Of a stretch of 64,000 nt of DNA, positions 1 through 12,700 are shown one piece after another (the stretch's first letter is position 1; every line of letters starts with the position of its first letter). Source of the stretch: Oopsacas minuta (lineage: Eukaryota > Animalia > Porifera); the NCBI GenBank assembly GCA_024704765.1, contig JAKMXF010000277.1, positions 248,001-312,000 of the forward strand. Reading direction: 5' to 3'. The notes beneath the pieces were generated by a model, which was not told where the DNA came from, searched no databases, and saw only the letters and a program-made list of their open reading frames with translations. A program made the position numbers and the translations under genes.

Positions 1-348
1 ATAATCCTACCCTGAATATCATGCAAATCACAGGAAAGTTGGCAAGTATGTGTACCAAGCTGAGTGCAGGACCTGCTATACCGGTTCTCACGGATCTACC
101 CCAATGAAAAACCGCGAAAATCAAATCACAATACAAATGGTATCATACTTAGTTTATACCTAAAAAGAATACCAACACATGAATGCATGTATTTATAAGT
201 AACAAAATACATATGAATATAAGCTAATATTAAATGAGAGTTCAATAATGATCGATATGAGAGTATATAGAGTAAAGAAATAAAATCTTTATACACCAAC
301 CAATTATATGAATACCATAGCAACCGTATTGCTATGATGGAATTTAAG

Positions 349-996
349 CTATGTAGTAGTGTTTCCAATACCTCTTTTGTATAGTGGACCAAATTTTTTC
401 ATGTAAGAATGGACGAATTCCGTCGCTTTTATCCGAACAGAATCGTTGAAAAGAAGTTCATTCTCAAAACCTTTCCTATTACTCTCCTTCTCAATAATCG
501 CGTAAGTTAATTTCCGTGCTAAATATTTAAAATCCTCCGTTGCTGAAATACGACCATATCTACAATCAGGCTTTCTGTATTCGCCTAGAATGCCGATCAC
601 ATGCTTTGAAACTCTCTGTTTAAAATTTTCACGGAGAATTTCATTTTCAGTAAAACAACGATCTTTATCATCGAAAGATTCATACGGTGATATTGCGTCA
701 TCAGAATTCGGCGTGATGGGATCTGTCCCAGGTACCAATGGCCTATGAGGACGTATAGTGGGCGTAGTGGGTGAATAATGTTCAACAGCTGTGTTCGCCA
801 CGGGTCTAGCCGGTGATTGATAGAATGCATTAGTCTCTACAGGACGTTCCCATTGAGTTTCACGTGTAACTGTATTGTAGTAGTACGACTTACCTGTCGG
901 GTCAGTTGTCTCACGCCAGTTAAGTGGTAATTCAAGAGGTGGAGGAGGTGGAGGCGGATCTGATTCTGGGATTGTAGTGTTTACAGTTGGTGGAAT

Positions 997-1045
<49 letters not shown>

Positions 1046-4000
1046 GCAACCTGTTGATATTGTTGCTTTTGTTTTTGTTGAGATAATAACAATGAAAGCG
1101 ATGGATTGGCAAGGAATGACAATGGATTTTCTATAGGTGATGGTTGAGTGTTGAGAAGTGTGGCTGTGAGTGCGTTTAACTCTGTCAAAGGATTATGTAC
1201 AATATTCTGCTTACTCAAAGACATTGAATTTATCAAAGTGTTCAGAATCGTGTTATCAGTTGCTGGCGATAATAATGGTGAACTATTGAATGCGGATTTA
1301 CTATTAGGCAACATTGACTGCATCAGGACAGCTAATAGTATCTGTTGCGTAACGTTATCTGGGTATATATTTCTTTGTATAGTTTGGAAAGCTTGTATCA
1401 GTTCATTTGATCTGTTAATATTAACAGAGTTTGTTATGTGCTGGTTATCAAATACTTGTGGGATTGTGGCGGAAAAATTTGGTGTTTCAGAAGTTGTTGA
1501 AATTGTTAATGGTTGCTCTCTGAGAGATTTCGCGAATGCTGATGCTAGATTTGGGTCGCTTAAAACCGCGCTAAGCTCCTGGGGGAGCGGAGGAGGAGGT
1601 GGAGGTGTATGTTCAGTGGGTAAGGTTGTTGGGAGGGGTGGAGCTACACCAGGTGGCGGTGGTTCTTTCTCCTTATTATTCGCGGAAAATATCTCAGCTT
1701 GAGTGGCTAAAAGCGCGAGTTTATCAGAGCTAGCCGTCAGCATAGTAGGAGGCAGTTGTAAAGAAGCATTAACGCTTACTGTCTGTACAGGTATAGGGTA
1801 TCGGATAGGAGCAACTCCTGGCGTAGGATATGACTCACTATATTTGTAATAAACATTTTCCTGATTATTATAGAACTCTTCTGAAGGGTGAAGCAATGGC
1901 TGATGATTCACGAAGTAATCAGGATTCTCTTTGGGGAAATTTGGGTATGAAATGCCATGTTTTCGAGGTTTTTTGGGACGTTTGTAATCATGTCTTTCGT
2001 CTGTATGTTGATGTGGCCGTTTCTTAATTTGTTGACGTTGTTGATGGAATTCAGTTTGATTTTGTTCTCCATCTTTGGTTGGGATTTTCGGGAAATCATT
2101 GTTTTTCTCGATTTCCTTTTTGCCCTGTGAATTTTGTGCTGAGTCTTGAGATACAATTGGGTGTTGCTTTTTCGGTATGGGCAATTCACTGCATTTCGTT
2201 GGAAAATCTCTTTTGGAGAATTTTGACAGATGTTTGACAGTTGGCGTGCAGGGGGTAACGTCTTTCTCCTCAGAAGTTATAGAATTCGGGGATGAAACTG
2301 GAGTAGTCCGCATGCCGCCAAGCGTCGACGCCTCCGAGGCCATGGATTCATTTCTGCCAAGTTTGTTTTTGGATATTTTAATGTGATGCCCTTTCGTTCT
2401 GTGATGTTTATCTTTTGAAGAATGACGGTGATGAGATTTATGACGTTTCAAAGATTTTCCTGTAATTGAACTTGCTGAGCTATGGTGCCTATTTCTATCT
2501 TTTTCCTCACGACGTTCGTGATGTCGCGATTTCTCCTTTTCATGTTCGTGTTCTTTCTTTGATTTCTCTTTGCCTTTTACTCCTTCATGTCCACGATCTT
2601 TCGATCGACTTCTCCCGCGTTTTTTCACGGTATCATCACGAATAATCGGTTTTGAATCCTTCTCAATTTGTGGTTCTTTTTCAATAAAAAGTATTCCTTC
2701 TGGTTGAGTGATCTTATCTCTTTTCGGTGCTGTGTACACCGCACATATTGATCTCCACTTTTCTAAAATTTTGGAAGCTTCTTTTTCCACTTGCTGTGTA
2801 GTAACTCCTTGGAACTTTTCCACCTCTTGACAGTCTTCAATCGCATTATTCGATACATTTGAATGTTGCGTAGTGCTCTCAGGGCTTGTAGAATTACCCC
2901 CTGTTGTTGTGCTAACTAAATTTTCTGACGAGTCCTGAACGGCCTTCGTCCAAGCTTCGATTATGTTAATAAGCTTAGATTCATCTTGTATATTCTTGTA
3001 ACTGATTTGTACATTTGATAATACCTTAAGACATGCGGCCCTATATGCTAATGCATTTCTAGGTGCATCCTGCATCCACGTACAAATCATCTGTAAGCCA
3101 TTATTGGCTACAAACTTTTTCAGCATTGACTTACCTGATTTATGTAGAATTATAAGCAGAGCTTGTCTATGGTGAATATCACATTTAGTTTTCTGCATTA
3201 AATTGACTAGACTAATTATTTGTTTCTCAGTTGCTAGTTCTCCATCTTTCCCGATAATTCTAGCTAATTTCTCTTCAAAGATTTGCTCTTCACTTTTCAC
3301 CGGCTCACTGGGAACATTGCTTGAAGTGCAAGGCTCATTTTCACTGCCTTTTATACCAAAACGAGTTGGTCTATGGTTGGTAGTAGCTTTTGGTTTGGGG
3401 GAATTTCCAAGTATTTCCGGTTTAACAACCTGTAACCCATTCGAAGTTGTTGCATCAGATTTGATAGGAGTAGGATCAATGAATACAATTGTATTAGTCT
3501 GATTAACAACTTCTTCAATCTCTGTGATAGTAACCTTTTTCTTTGCTGGGGGTTTTATTTTTCGTACCGTGTCCTGTTTTCCTTCTTTAGGCGCGCCCAA
3601 ATATCCTCTACAGTTTTTAGAGCCACAAAAACACTTTTGCATTTTACTACTTGTGAATCTCTCATATTGATAATCGAATGTAATTTCATCATTTTTCGAA
3701 ATGTCAATTACTGAGAAAAATCCGACACGAATTTGACCGCACACATTCCATTTTTGTGTTTCAGCATTCGGTTCACATGAATGATTAATAAACCTAGAAT
3801 AATTACCCATCTTAGTTGCGTCAATAATTTCATCTGCGCTTAGTGACATGAAATAATAATGACGTCGTCTCTCCTGTTCATATCTCCGTTTCCGTTCCCC
3901 AAACTCTGTCAGTGAACAGACTTCACCACAATACTCCATTATGAATGAACCTATATGAATAATGTTAAATATAAATATGAGAATTTTTTACATTAATTGG

Positions 4001-6563
4001 TGAGCTAATAGCCATCAGTTCTTGATTCTATATGCTAATTAGATATTTAACCAAGGATAGCGGATTTCGGTATTTGATTGAAAGTCATTTTGAGATACTC
4101 CTCGAATGGTTGAAGTGGGGATTTCTATATAACATACAGTAGAACTCGGATAAGACTTACTATTTCTTACATCCCAAAATATAAGTCATCATAATTTGTA
4201 ATACAAACATATTCGGATAAGACGTACTAATTTCTGTTTCCCGAGGGGGTACGTCTTATCCGAGTTCTACTGTAAAATGATTAACACTTATTTCAACAAT
4301 AACAACTGCTAACAAAAATAAACTCATCATCCATGGTTCATATACAAAACTAAACACTAAATATAAGGAACTTCAAAATACATTCATGAACTTCCTACCG
4401 TTTAGAAAAGGAATACCATAAAGTCTATCATCAAAATTACACTTAATGCCATTACATACATCTGGTATTGTGAATATACTATTATCAACAGAGCCTCTAG
4501 TGAAATTCATGAAAACTATATTAAAACCTTCTAAATTATCTAACTCAACAGGAATAGATGGAAGAGGGATATTCAGCACATAGAGCATCTTTAAGGGGCC
4601 AATACTGTACCCATTTTGTTCACACGACCACCAAATCATTGTACTATTTTGCCCTAAGAGTTTGAAATCAATAAAATTGGAGAAAAATGGAAATGCAGCT
4701 TGTGTGTAAGTCATATTCGCACAATTACAACTGAGATTATTATCCCGTAAAGTTACACTATACATCATTTTGTTGTATATTATTGTTGTTGATAGACCAG
4801 GGATATTCATTTGTAGTAGAAATAGTTTCTCATTGAAATGTTCGGCATTATATCCGGTACCGATATCTCGTGTTAGGCCTGAATCTTGAATTGTCCAATT
4901 CGAAGAGTAATTTTTGGGGAATTTTGGTTGATTGGGGATTTTTGAAAGAGAGACAAGCCACAGAGTGCAGAAAAGAATGAATATAGAAAATTGTTTCATT
5001 TAGAAATGGAATCTTTAATCTTTACTGGAATTATTTATGAGAGAATTTAAAGTCTATGCTTAATTAAATATGGGAATATTGGAAATTCAATATGTGTAAT
5101 TAGTTATTTGATATTCTGAGTAAACTCATTAAAAATGAGATATAGAGGAGGCAAGGTTTAGTGAATATAAAGGTTATAATCTCTAGAGGTGTCCAGGGTT
5201 CATAGTTCATACAGAGGGGGGGCCCTGAGATTCCCTCCCACATCCGGTCCCCCTAGAATTCCCAAAGATTAATATTGAATATTTGGTATATGACAACAGT
5301 AACAATATGCATGAAACTATTTACATGGAATGGTGTTCTTGTGATAAATCGTTTCCCACCCCAGCAAAAGTCCTGTATGAAACCCTGATAATCTCTATGC
5401 GTGATGACTTGGAATTTATCACCTCAATAAAATCGGTCGATAATTTAAAAGTAATAAATTAGGCAATATTCGAAAAACACTCAAAATTCTGCAAAATATC
5501 GAAAAAATCAGAAAATTTCCAAAAAATACAATTTTGTTATTACTGATCCTCCCCCTAAGGTAGTTACTTATCCCCGCATACGGATTTAGATATTTAAAAA
5601 TCAAAATATAGCTAAATATGGTAGTCAGCCAGACGTCAGAATAATTTGCAGTACTGGCTCACGATATTCACGTCATGAAAATGAGCGCTACCTAGTTTCC
5701 CCATTATATAATTTCCATGTACTTTTAAGGGTCATTTTCCAGGGATAGTGAGAGGTCATTTATTATTCTGAGGGGGATAGGATACATGTAATATAGTATC
5801 CTCCCGTTATAACGAAATGAAACCGGGGTACAGAGCACATCGCTGCGCTGTGAGAAGAGATTACTGTACTAAAACTCTCGCCGATAAAATACGACATCCC
5901 ATAGCATTCTAATACACTAAGGCAATGGCACTAGCTATTATTTCAGGACCAGGGATTAGTTAACCTAGTTTGGGATTATGTATTATGCTAGAGTGTATAT
6001 CTCAGAAACAATGCACTTTGGGCCGAATGAATGTATTACATACTTGTAGAAACACATATTATCATTGCCTTAGTGTATTAGAATGCTATGGGCATACGTA
6101 TAAGTAAACCGAAAATAATAACACATGTCAAAGGTTTATACCAACCTGACGGAATATCCTGCTTAGCTCTCAGCCCCCATCCTTTACACACAGTCTTGAA
6201 TACCTCAGAAACTGCATACTGTGTTTTTTGAAAGTGTTTATTTGTACAGAAATCTCCTAGCTTGCATTTAGAAGTACACTCTATCATCATCATTCTATTC
6301 AGACAATTCTCCCCGCATGCTTCCTCAGGACTATCAACAGCTGGGTCGTAAACACATGCACACTCTAATCGTTTGTTTTTCTTCTCCCTCCTCGAGCTAG
6401 ACTTTATATTCTCACTCAAATATAAATTCTGTTTCACCTCGATGAATGGGGACGGTTTACTCATATCGAATGGGTCAGCTGGACAAATTTCCTCACGATC
6501 ACTCTCTTCTGACGGTATAAGAGGGTCGTCGTAGAACTTGTACTCACATTCTGAGTATGACAT
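349..6563 (-). CDS. SETD2: Histone H3K36 methyltransferase SETD2/Set2; exons 6563-6146 and 3950-349, about 1339 aa
   Basis: Exon 1 has AWS Cys motifs and GWGLRA. Splicing GT(6145)..AG(3951) gives DIPSG-SFIMEYCGEV in frame (4020 nt total). Also RFINHSCEPN, post-SET CFCGSKNCRGYLG, WW domain (NWRETTDPTGKSYYYN..TQWERP) and C-terminal SRI domain. Confidence 0.95.
997..1044 (-). repeat. Pure (CAA)16 microsatellite encoding polyQ16 in SETD2
   Basis: 16 uninterrupted TTG units on the + strand; Q16 lies just before the WW domain. Confidence 0.95.
4137..4272. mobile_element. pogo/Tigger-type MITE, 136 bp
   Basis: 20-bp perfect TIR CAGTAGAACTCGGATAAGAC / GTCTTATCCGAGTTCTACTG, flanked by TA on both sides. 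Confidence 0.9.
4373..4999 (-). CDS. Secreted ependymin-related protein (EPDR family), nested in the SETD2 intron
   Basis: 208-aa single-exon ORF with signal peptide, N-terminal PKFPKNYSSNW, C-terminal FMNFTRGSVDNSIFTIPDVC typical of ependymins, and N-glycosylation sequons. Confidence 0.75.
   Translation of the reverse strand: MKQFSIFILFCTLWLVSLSKIPNQPKFPKNYSSNWTIQDSGLTRDIGTGYNAEHFNEKLFLLQMNIPGLSTTIIYNKMMYSVTLRDNNLSCNCANMTYTQAAFPFFSNFIDFKLLGQNSTMIWWSCEQNGYSIGPLKMLYVLNIPLPSIPVELDNLEGFNIVFMNFTRGSVDNSIFTIPDVCNGIKCNFDDRLYGIPFLNGRKFMNVF
5194..5387. mobile_element. Probable MITE with CAGGGTT..CATACAG / CTGTATGAAACCCTG termini
   Basis: Imperfect terminal inverted repeats. ATAATCTCTA occurs on both sides but is offset on the left. 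Confidence 0.45.
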
Positions 6564-7668
6564 CAGTCACTAGCCTCACAGCTACCTGTAGACTAGTATA
6601 GAGTTACTTAGGTGATATATATATATATACATATACCCCGACCAATTACTTTCCACATGCTGGTCATCACACCGTTTTAACGGTAGATTGCAACATAAAG
6701 ACAAGTAAGGATAATTGTCTCTATGAAAAATATGACTGGGCATATCAATGAGTGGGTAATTTGCATAATATAAGATATCCGATATTTAAAATTTTGTAGT
6801 GCAAGTTATTGCTACACATGCTGGTCACTTGGGGTGTATGTGCATAGGCCTCAGCATCAAGAGATTTAATATATGACCCAGGGGGAAAAAATTGGATATT
6901 TCTGGCTTTTTATTCCATAAAAGAGGGAAAATTCATAATATTAGGACTCTCAACTTTCACAATTTCAGGACTACAAATAATGCAGAAGAATCCCTGCTTT
7001 TTCATGGAGCTCTGTAATATTCCCTTGTAAAATAAGAAATCCAAGGATTAAAAGAAAAATATCCAGGGAAACAGTTTCAAGGGTTGGTAAGTATGGCCCC
7101 AGGGTTGGTCAAATTTTGATAAAATCAAAAGTTTTGTATTTCATATAGAAATGAAGGGTTAGAGGTTATCACTTCGCTTACGGCCTAGCCAGGAGTGTAC
7201 AGAAATGTTTTTAGAACCTTAGGGCTTCCCTATTTCTTGGAGCGGAAAGGAGAGGTTTTCTTGAAAAAAATGGATTCACGACGCCCTTTGTTTATTGTGA
7301 AATAAAATTGCGATTTTTAAGGATAAATGTGGGCAAACCATTCCCTCAAGAAATCTAGCCTGTTCCGTTCTGTAAAAAAGTGATCCCAAAAATTATTCTG
7401 ACAGTTCATGAATTTACATAGGATTTAGTAATAATTATGAGATTCTAACTACTCGAATATAATTTATATCATCTGCCTAAAATTACTTTGCACAAATACA
7501 CAATTAGGCGACCAACATAACCAAAAATTGTTTGATTTATCTTTTGTCTTTGAGTGAGCCAATTGTTAAAACCTCTCACCCATGACTTCTATAAAGGACA
7601 AGATTGTGTTGAATAATTTTAACGCCAATCTTGTCCAAATGTCCATCCAAGTAAGTACTCGAACTAGA

Positions 7669-7924
7669 GTTCATCCCAAAACTCAATTATTCATTGCATG
7701 GTGATGCCTTTATTGCCTTACACGTTCAAAATCCACACCGATATGTGCCAAACACCAATTCAAGCTAGGAGCATGCGTGAATAGTTCATGGTGTATCGAG
7801 CTATGTTCATCCGCGTTCATGGAAATATGAGTTGCAATGGAAATTCGTACTTTGGCATATATCGGCTTGGATTTTGGAATTGTAAAGCATCACTATGCCA
7901 TGAATAATGAGTTTTAGCATGAAC
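7669..7924. repeat. Degenerate fold-back element (arms about 75-85 bp)
   Basis: 7669-7752 aligns to the reverse complement of 7851-7924 at roughly 80% by eye. Confidence 0.7.
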
Positions 7925-8235
7925 TTGGATCGATGAGTTTCAATAAGAATTTCGCATAAAAAATTGAGTTTCGCATGAACATGTTAGTTGGTTTGGTAAC
8001 ACCGATGTGGCTATGTCCTACCCAATCAGCCTATTCAGTATTAAAAAGCCCTATTGCATTATAGTCACAGTAATTAGACTCCATTCATTCAATTCTACAA
8101 TTATTAATAATTCTGAGAAGTTTATTAATAACCTAGAAAATTATATAAATTGAAATAATATAAATATAGCAGACAGAATTTGGATAAAGTGAAAGGTTGA
8201 AATCTGCTGAATTGAGTGTTCTATACTGCTATTAT

Positions 8236-8600
8236 TCTGAAAATTATCTAAAGTTGGCCTACTCATTATGTATGTAAATAAAAGACCACCAAATGCCACT
8301 TTTTACACCTTTTAACTAGACTAAAGTATAGAAAATTAGAAATCCATCTTCTATAAAGTGGAAATTTTATGCCTGTAACTTCTTTGCCAGCGGATATCTG
8401 GGAAAAGGCGATTTTCATTTCAATTTAATCGTGAGAGAATAATTTTGCCAGATAAACGCAGGCAGAGGGATTCATTATCAATTTTTCCGTTTTATGAAAA
8501 GGATTTCTGTGCTTTAGTCTGTTTAAAATATGTTAAAACGTGGCATTTGGTAATCTTTTATTAACTTACATAATGAGTTGACAAACTTCTGACTTCAGAA
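8236..8600. repeat. Degenerate long-TIR fold-back/MITE (arms about 120-130 bp)
   Basis: 8251-8326 matches the reverse complement of 8512-8588, with weaker extension on both sides. Confidence 0.7.
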
Positions 8601-8902
8601 AATATTGTTGAACAGTTTCCAATCCTTGAGTAGAAGTGAACACAATTGGACTGAAATCAGGCACCACGATGCTATTCAGTCACTTTTACATATTTGATAT
8701 TTTAACTTTGGGGTTCCAAAGTTAAAAATGCACACCTCCGCTGTTATCGATACTTAGTCCATGTGGATATTATAGCTCACCACCTCCTAAAATAGACAGT
8801 GAGATCCAGATCTGAGATGAATTAGTCACAATAGGTGACATAGCCTTATCACGTCATAAGTTGGGTCATTACTTGCCACTGACTCAACTTGCAGTAAATA
8901 TG

Positions 8903-8959
8903 CTTCGTCGGAAACTCGTGACGAAGTTCAGTAAACTACGTCACGAGTTTCCGACGAAG
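8903..8959. repeat. Near-perfect 57-bp hairpin
   Basis: CTTCGTCGGAAACTCGTGACG (8903-8923) is the exact reverse complement of 8939-8959. The inner AGTT/AACT also pairs, leaving a 5-nt loop. Confidence 0.9.
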
Positions 8960-9705
8960 TTATGTGCTCGTTCCTTTCTTTTTCCAGACACTATGTCAAG
9001 CTGTTTCTTGAGAGAGTAGCCCAACTCATATTCTTCACTACGGCAGACCTACGGATGCTTCCAGGGGCGCCGAACTTACTAACAACTTGGAGTCAAGCGA
9101 AGGCTCATGCATTATTGGTGGATGCCTCAAACGTGTATTTTTATTAGTTCTATATGGCCGTAACCATTTCTAGTCATTTCTAGTTTTTATTTGTTTATTG
9201 TATGTATTGTCAGAAATATTATTTATGAATAATTATCCCGTACTTACTATCGTCGAGAGTTTACAGGAGTATCAGTGTATATTATTTCTATTATACTACT
9301 TAGACTACCCATATGGTTGAGGAAGATTTACATATACATGGTAGTTGAGATTTCCAGAATAAATCTAACAGCATATACTCTGCTCTTGCTATAATTCAAT
9401 GTTGCACGTTGGGCGAATCCTGGCCCGTGGTCTCGTCCGGTCCTCCCCTTTGGTGCTAATTTATGATGAACTCTGATCTCACTTAAAAAATACTCCGATA
9501 TCTTAAAAATGAATTTGCCCTTATTATCTCCCATAAAATACTTCCACACAGCATTTATACTAACTTCCATTCGCTCATTGAAATCTCATTATTTCAACAA
9601 AATTTGGTTTCATTACACGAAACTTGTCTGAATATTTTCCGTTACATTGTATGTTCATAGCTCCTAACTAAGATATATAAACTTCAAATCAAGGTTGTAT
9701 ACGAA

Positions 9706-12700
9706 ATGTCTAGCTCGGAAGAACAAGTCACACTATTATTTGAATTTCTCCATCATGTATCTTCACTAAGTACAGTAAATTCAAAAACAAATGAAGATGG
9801 ATTCGCTGCAGAATTCCACGAACTCAAAGCAATGAGTGCTGACTTGAAAACTAACAATCAAATAGACACAAAAGTCGGTTCGTTACCCGTCAACAAAAAG
9901 AAAAATCGCTATAAAGATATTCTACCATTTGAATCGAGGAGGGTTGAGCTACACCCTATAGAAGGAGAAGAAGGTTCTGATTATATAAACGCTAGCTATA
10001 TAACAGACCCATTGAATAAATCAAGTTATATCGCCGCACAAGGCCCTAACAGTTGTACTGTGGAGGATTTCTGGCGGTTATTATGGTACTATGCGATTGA
10101 GATTGTAGTAATGGCTTGCCGTGAGGTAGAATTAGGAAAGTCTAAATGTAAAAACTATTGGGTTTCCCCTGGTGAAGTGAGGCAGTTTGGAGCGATAACA
10201 GTCACACATATTTCTGAAGAGAATATTACTGAAGATTTTATTCAACGTAAAATGCATATACGTTGTGGAGATGAAAACCAAATGATTACACAATTGCATT
10301 ATACAGGTTGGCCGGATCATGGAGTGCCCAGTGATGTATTGCCTATATTGAGTACTATAAAGAAGATTAGGACTCTTGTTCCTTATGGTAATGATGTGCC
10401 AATTGTTATTCATTGTAGTGCTGGATGTGGGAGAACTGGTGAGTTGTATTTTGTTATTATTCACGTGCTCGCGTGTAAATTGGAAATTTGTGCCTCGAAT
10501 TTTTTATTGAAACAATAAATACTCATATATGAGTAACTTGAAAGTGAAAATTCGGAATCAGCGTACTCGGTTACCCCAGTATAACCGATGGAACTAAGTT
10601 TCTGTGACTATTTAAAATTTGTTTACTACAAGTAGTATTCACAATACATTGTTGACAATATCACATTTGAATGAGGCTGTTTTGACCCGATTAACCGGAG
10701 TGAATTAACACTTCTGTTTCTGGCTCCTTGACCGATTAACCGATGGTCTATTAAGCTGAGAGTCTATTGTATTTGGAATCAGCGTACTCGATTACACTAG
10801 TACAGCGGTTCCCAACCTTTTTCATCCGCGGACCTCGTAACTCGAATATAGTACATAATTTCTAAGTAAAAATGATCTCGATTAGTCCCATATTATAATC
10901 TTATGTATTCTAATATCTAAGTAAATATTCTTTAAACTAAACTGTCAGGTCATAGGCGCCGAACCCGGGAGGCTGGCAGGGGGTATTGAGACTCCGTTGG
11001 ATTGGTTACAGCCCCATAGAGCTATTACTAAATATATGTGTGAGCCTGGATCGTTCAAGTTGTTAGAATTTTCGGTGTCCTTGAAACTGCCCAACGCCTA
11101 ATTCGGCTTATTCATGTCATCAGAGCCAGTAATGATCCTTATTAAGAGATCCCTACTTTATTATGCTTTCTATATATTCTTATAGGTGCCTTAATCGGGA
11201 TAGATTATGCCCGATCTCTCCTTGAAATGAAGAAATTCCAAACTCCCAGACAAGTATACGAAATCGTCAGAAATATGCGTCTACAGAGACCAGCAATGGT
11301 ACAAACCAAAGACCAGTATATACTTGTATACAAAGCAGTGTTTCATCTCGTGAGACAATATTTAGATGATTATCAACATGATCCTAGTGTTGCTCATATG
11401 TTTGATGCTTCTATTACTATGCAACTTTCTCAGATATCTCTGCCTGAATATCAGAATCCTTCTGGTTTGGATGAAGTTGTTCAAGAGTTGGGAGGGGAAT
11501 TAAATGAGGAAGAATTCGCTTCATCAGGTAAGCATACGTCTTACAGAATTTAGAATACCTTATTGTCCTGAAAAAGCGCCCAAACAATTAGTTTTCGTGA
11601 TTTTATGAAAATAACAATAGAAATTGTTCCAGCTGATATTTTTGTTTACAAGTAAAATTATCACTTGGAACAATTTCGGAAATTAGAAATTCCAATTTTT
11701 AAAAGAGACCGATTTCGATATTTCCCAACCTTGAGATTTCATGTTCTAGGTCACAGTACACCAATGCAAACACCAAAATCTTCATACGATCTTAATGCTC
11801 CGAATCTCAAACCTCAGACCAAAACACCAAAACTTCCAACTTCAACTAGGCCAGATTTACCTAAAAAACCATTAGAAGTTCCTAAAAAGCCTATTAAACC
11901 ATCAGATCCTATTCCCAAACCAGTCGATTCTTTTTCCAGCGACACCAATGCAAAACCTAATGACAAACCGATTGTTAGCAGATATAACCCACCTGTCTCT
12001 ACCAAACAGATGCCAGATATACCAACTAGGCCTCCTGCTTTTGATATCAGACCTAGACCCGAGAAACAGGTACGTCCCTCGGTTAAACCAGTTTCCCCGC
12101 TTAAAAGAACCTCACTTTCTGAAGTAGACAGGCCGAATCCACAACCTGAATTGCCTCTTTCCTTATCTATGCCCATAAATACTACTCAAAAATTGAATAA
12201 AATTATGTTACCACCATCACCTCAAATAAGAACCAATGTTTCTAACGAAAAATTGAATGAGATTTTAGAAGAGAGAAATAATACAAAACCATTTGTAACG
12301 TCTTCAAGGGAAGAGAAGAAACCACTCTTTCCAGCACAACCTAAACCGGTGAGTATTTTGATAACAGTACAGCTATACTGGGTTTGGATGGTTAACCAAC
12401 TTTTCGAGGCATAAATCATGCTCAAAAACTGTTTTTAACGCCTATAACTAATATTAGTGTTGTATAATATTTGTAGAAATTGATTCAGAATTTTGAAAGT
12501 CGTCTTTGGCACTGCTCAAAATAAAGTCAAATTATATACTAAGTTTTTCAATACGTCTTTTAATGAAAACGTATTAGGTATAATCCGTATTTTATAAGAC
12601 GTATTATACGTTCAATCTACAATTTTTGGTGACGTAACTTCTATTGGGCTGAATTCTGCAATAAATATATTGCATGATAACAGAAGTTCTCGAATTGTTA

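Noticed and set aside
597-3502. Opposite-strand and nested ORFs in SETD2 (1148-1702, 3203-3502 etc.)
   Set aside because: Antisense shadows of a Pro/Ser-rich exon with no independent features.
8960-9460. GC-richer stretch that might be a structured ncRNA or tRNA
   Set aside because: No tRNA, snRNA, SRP or RNase P/MRP signature recognised; a covariance-model scan (Infernal/Rfam) would be needed.
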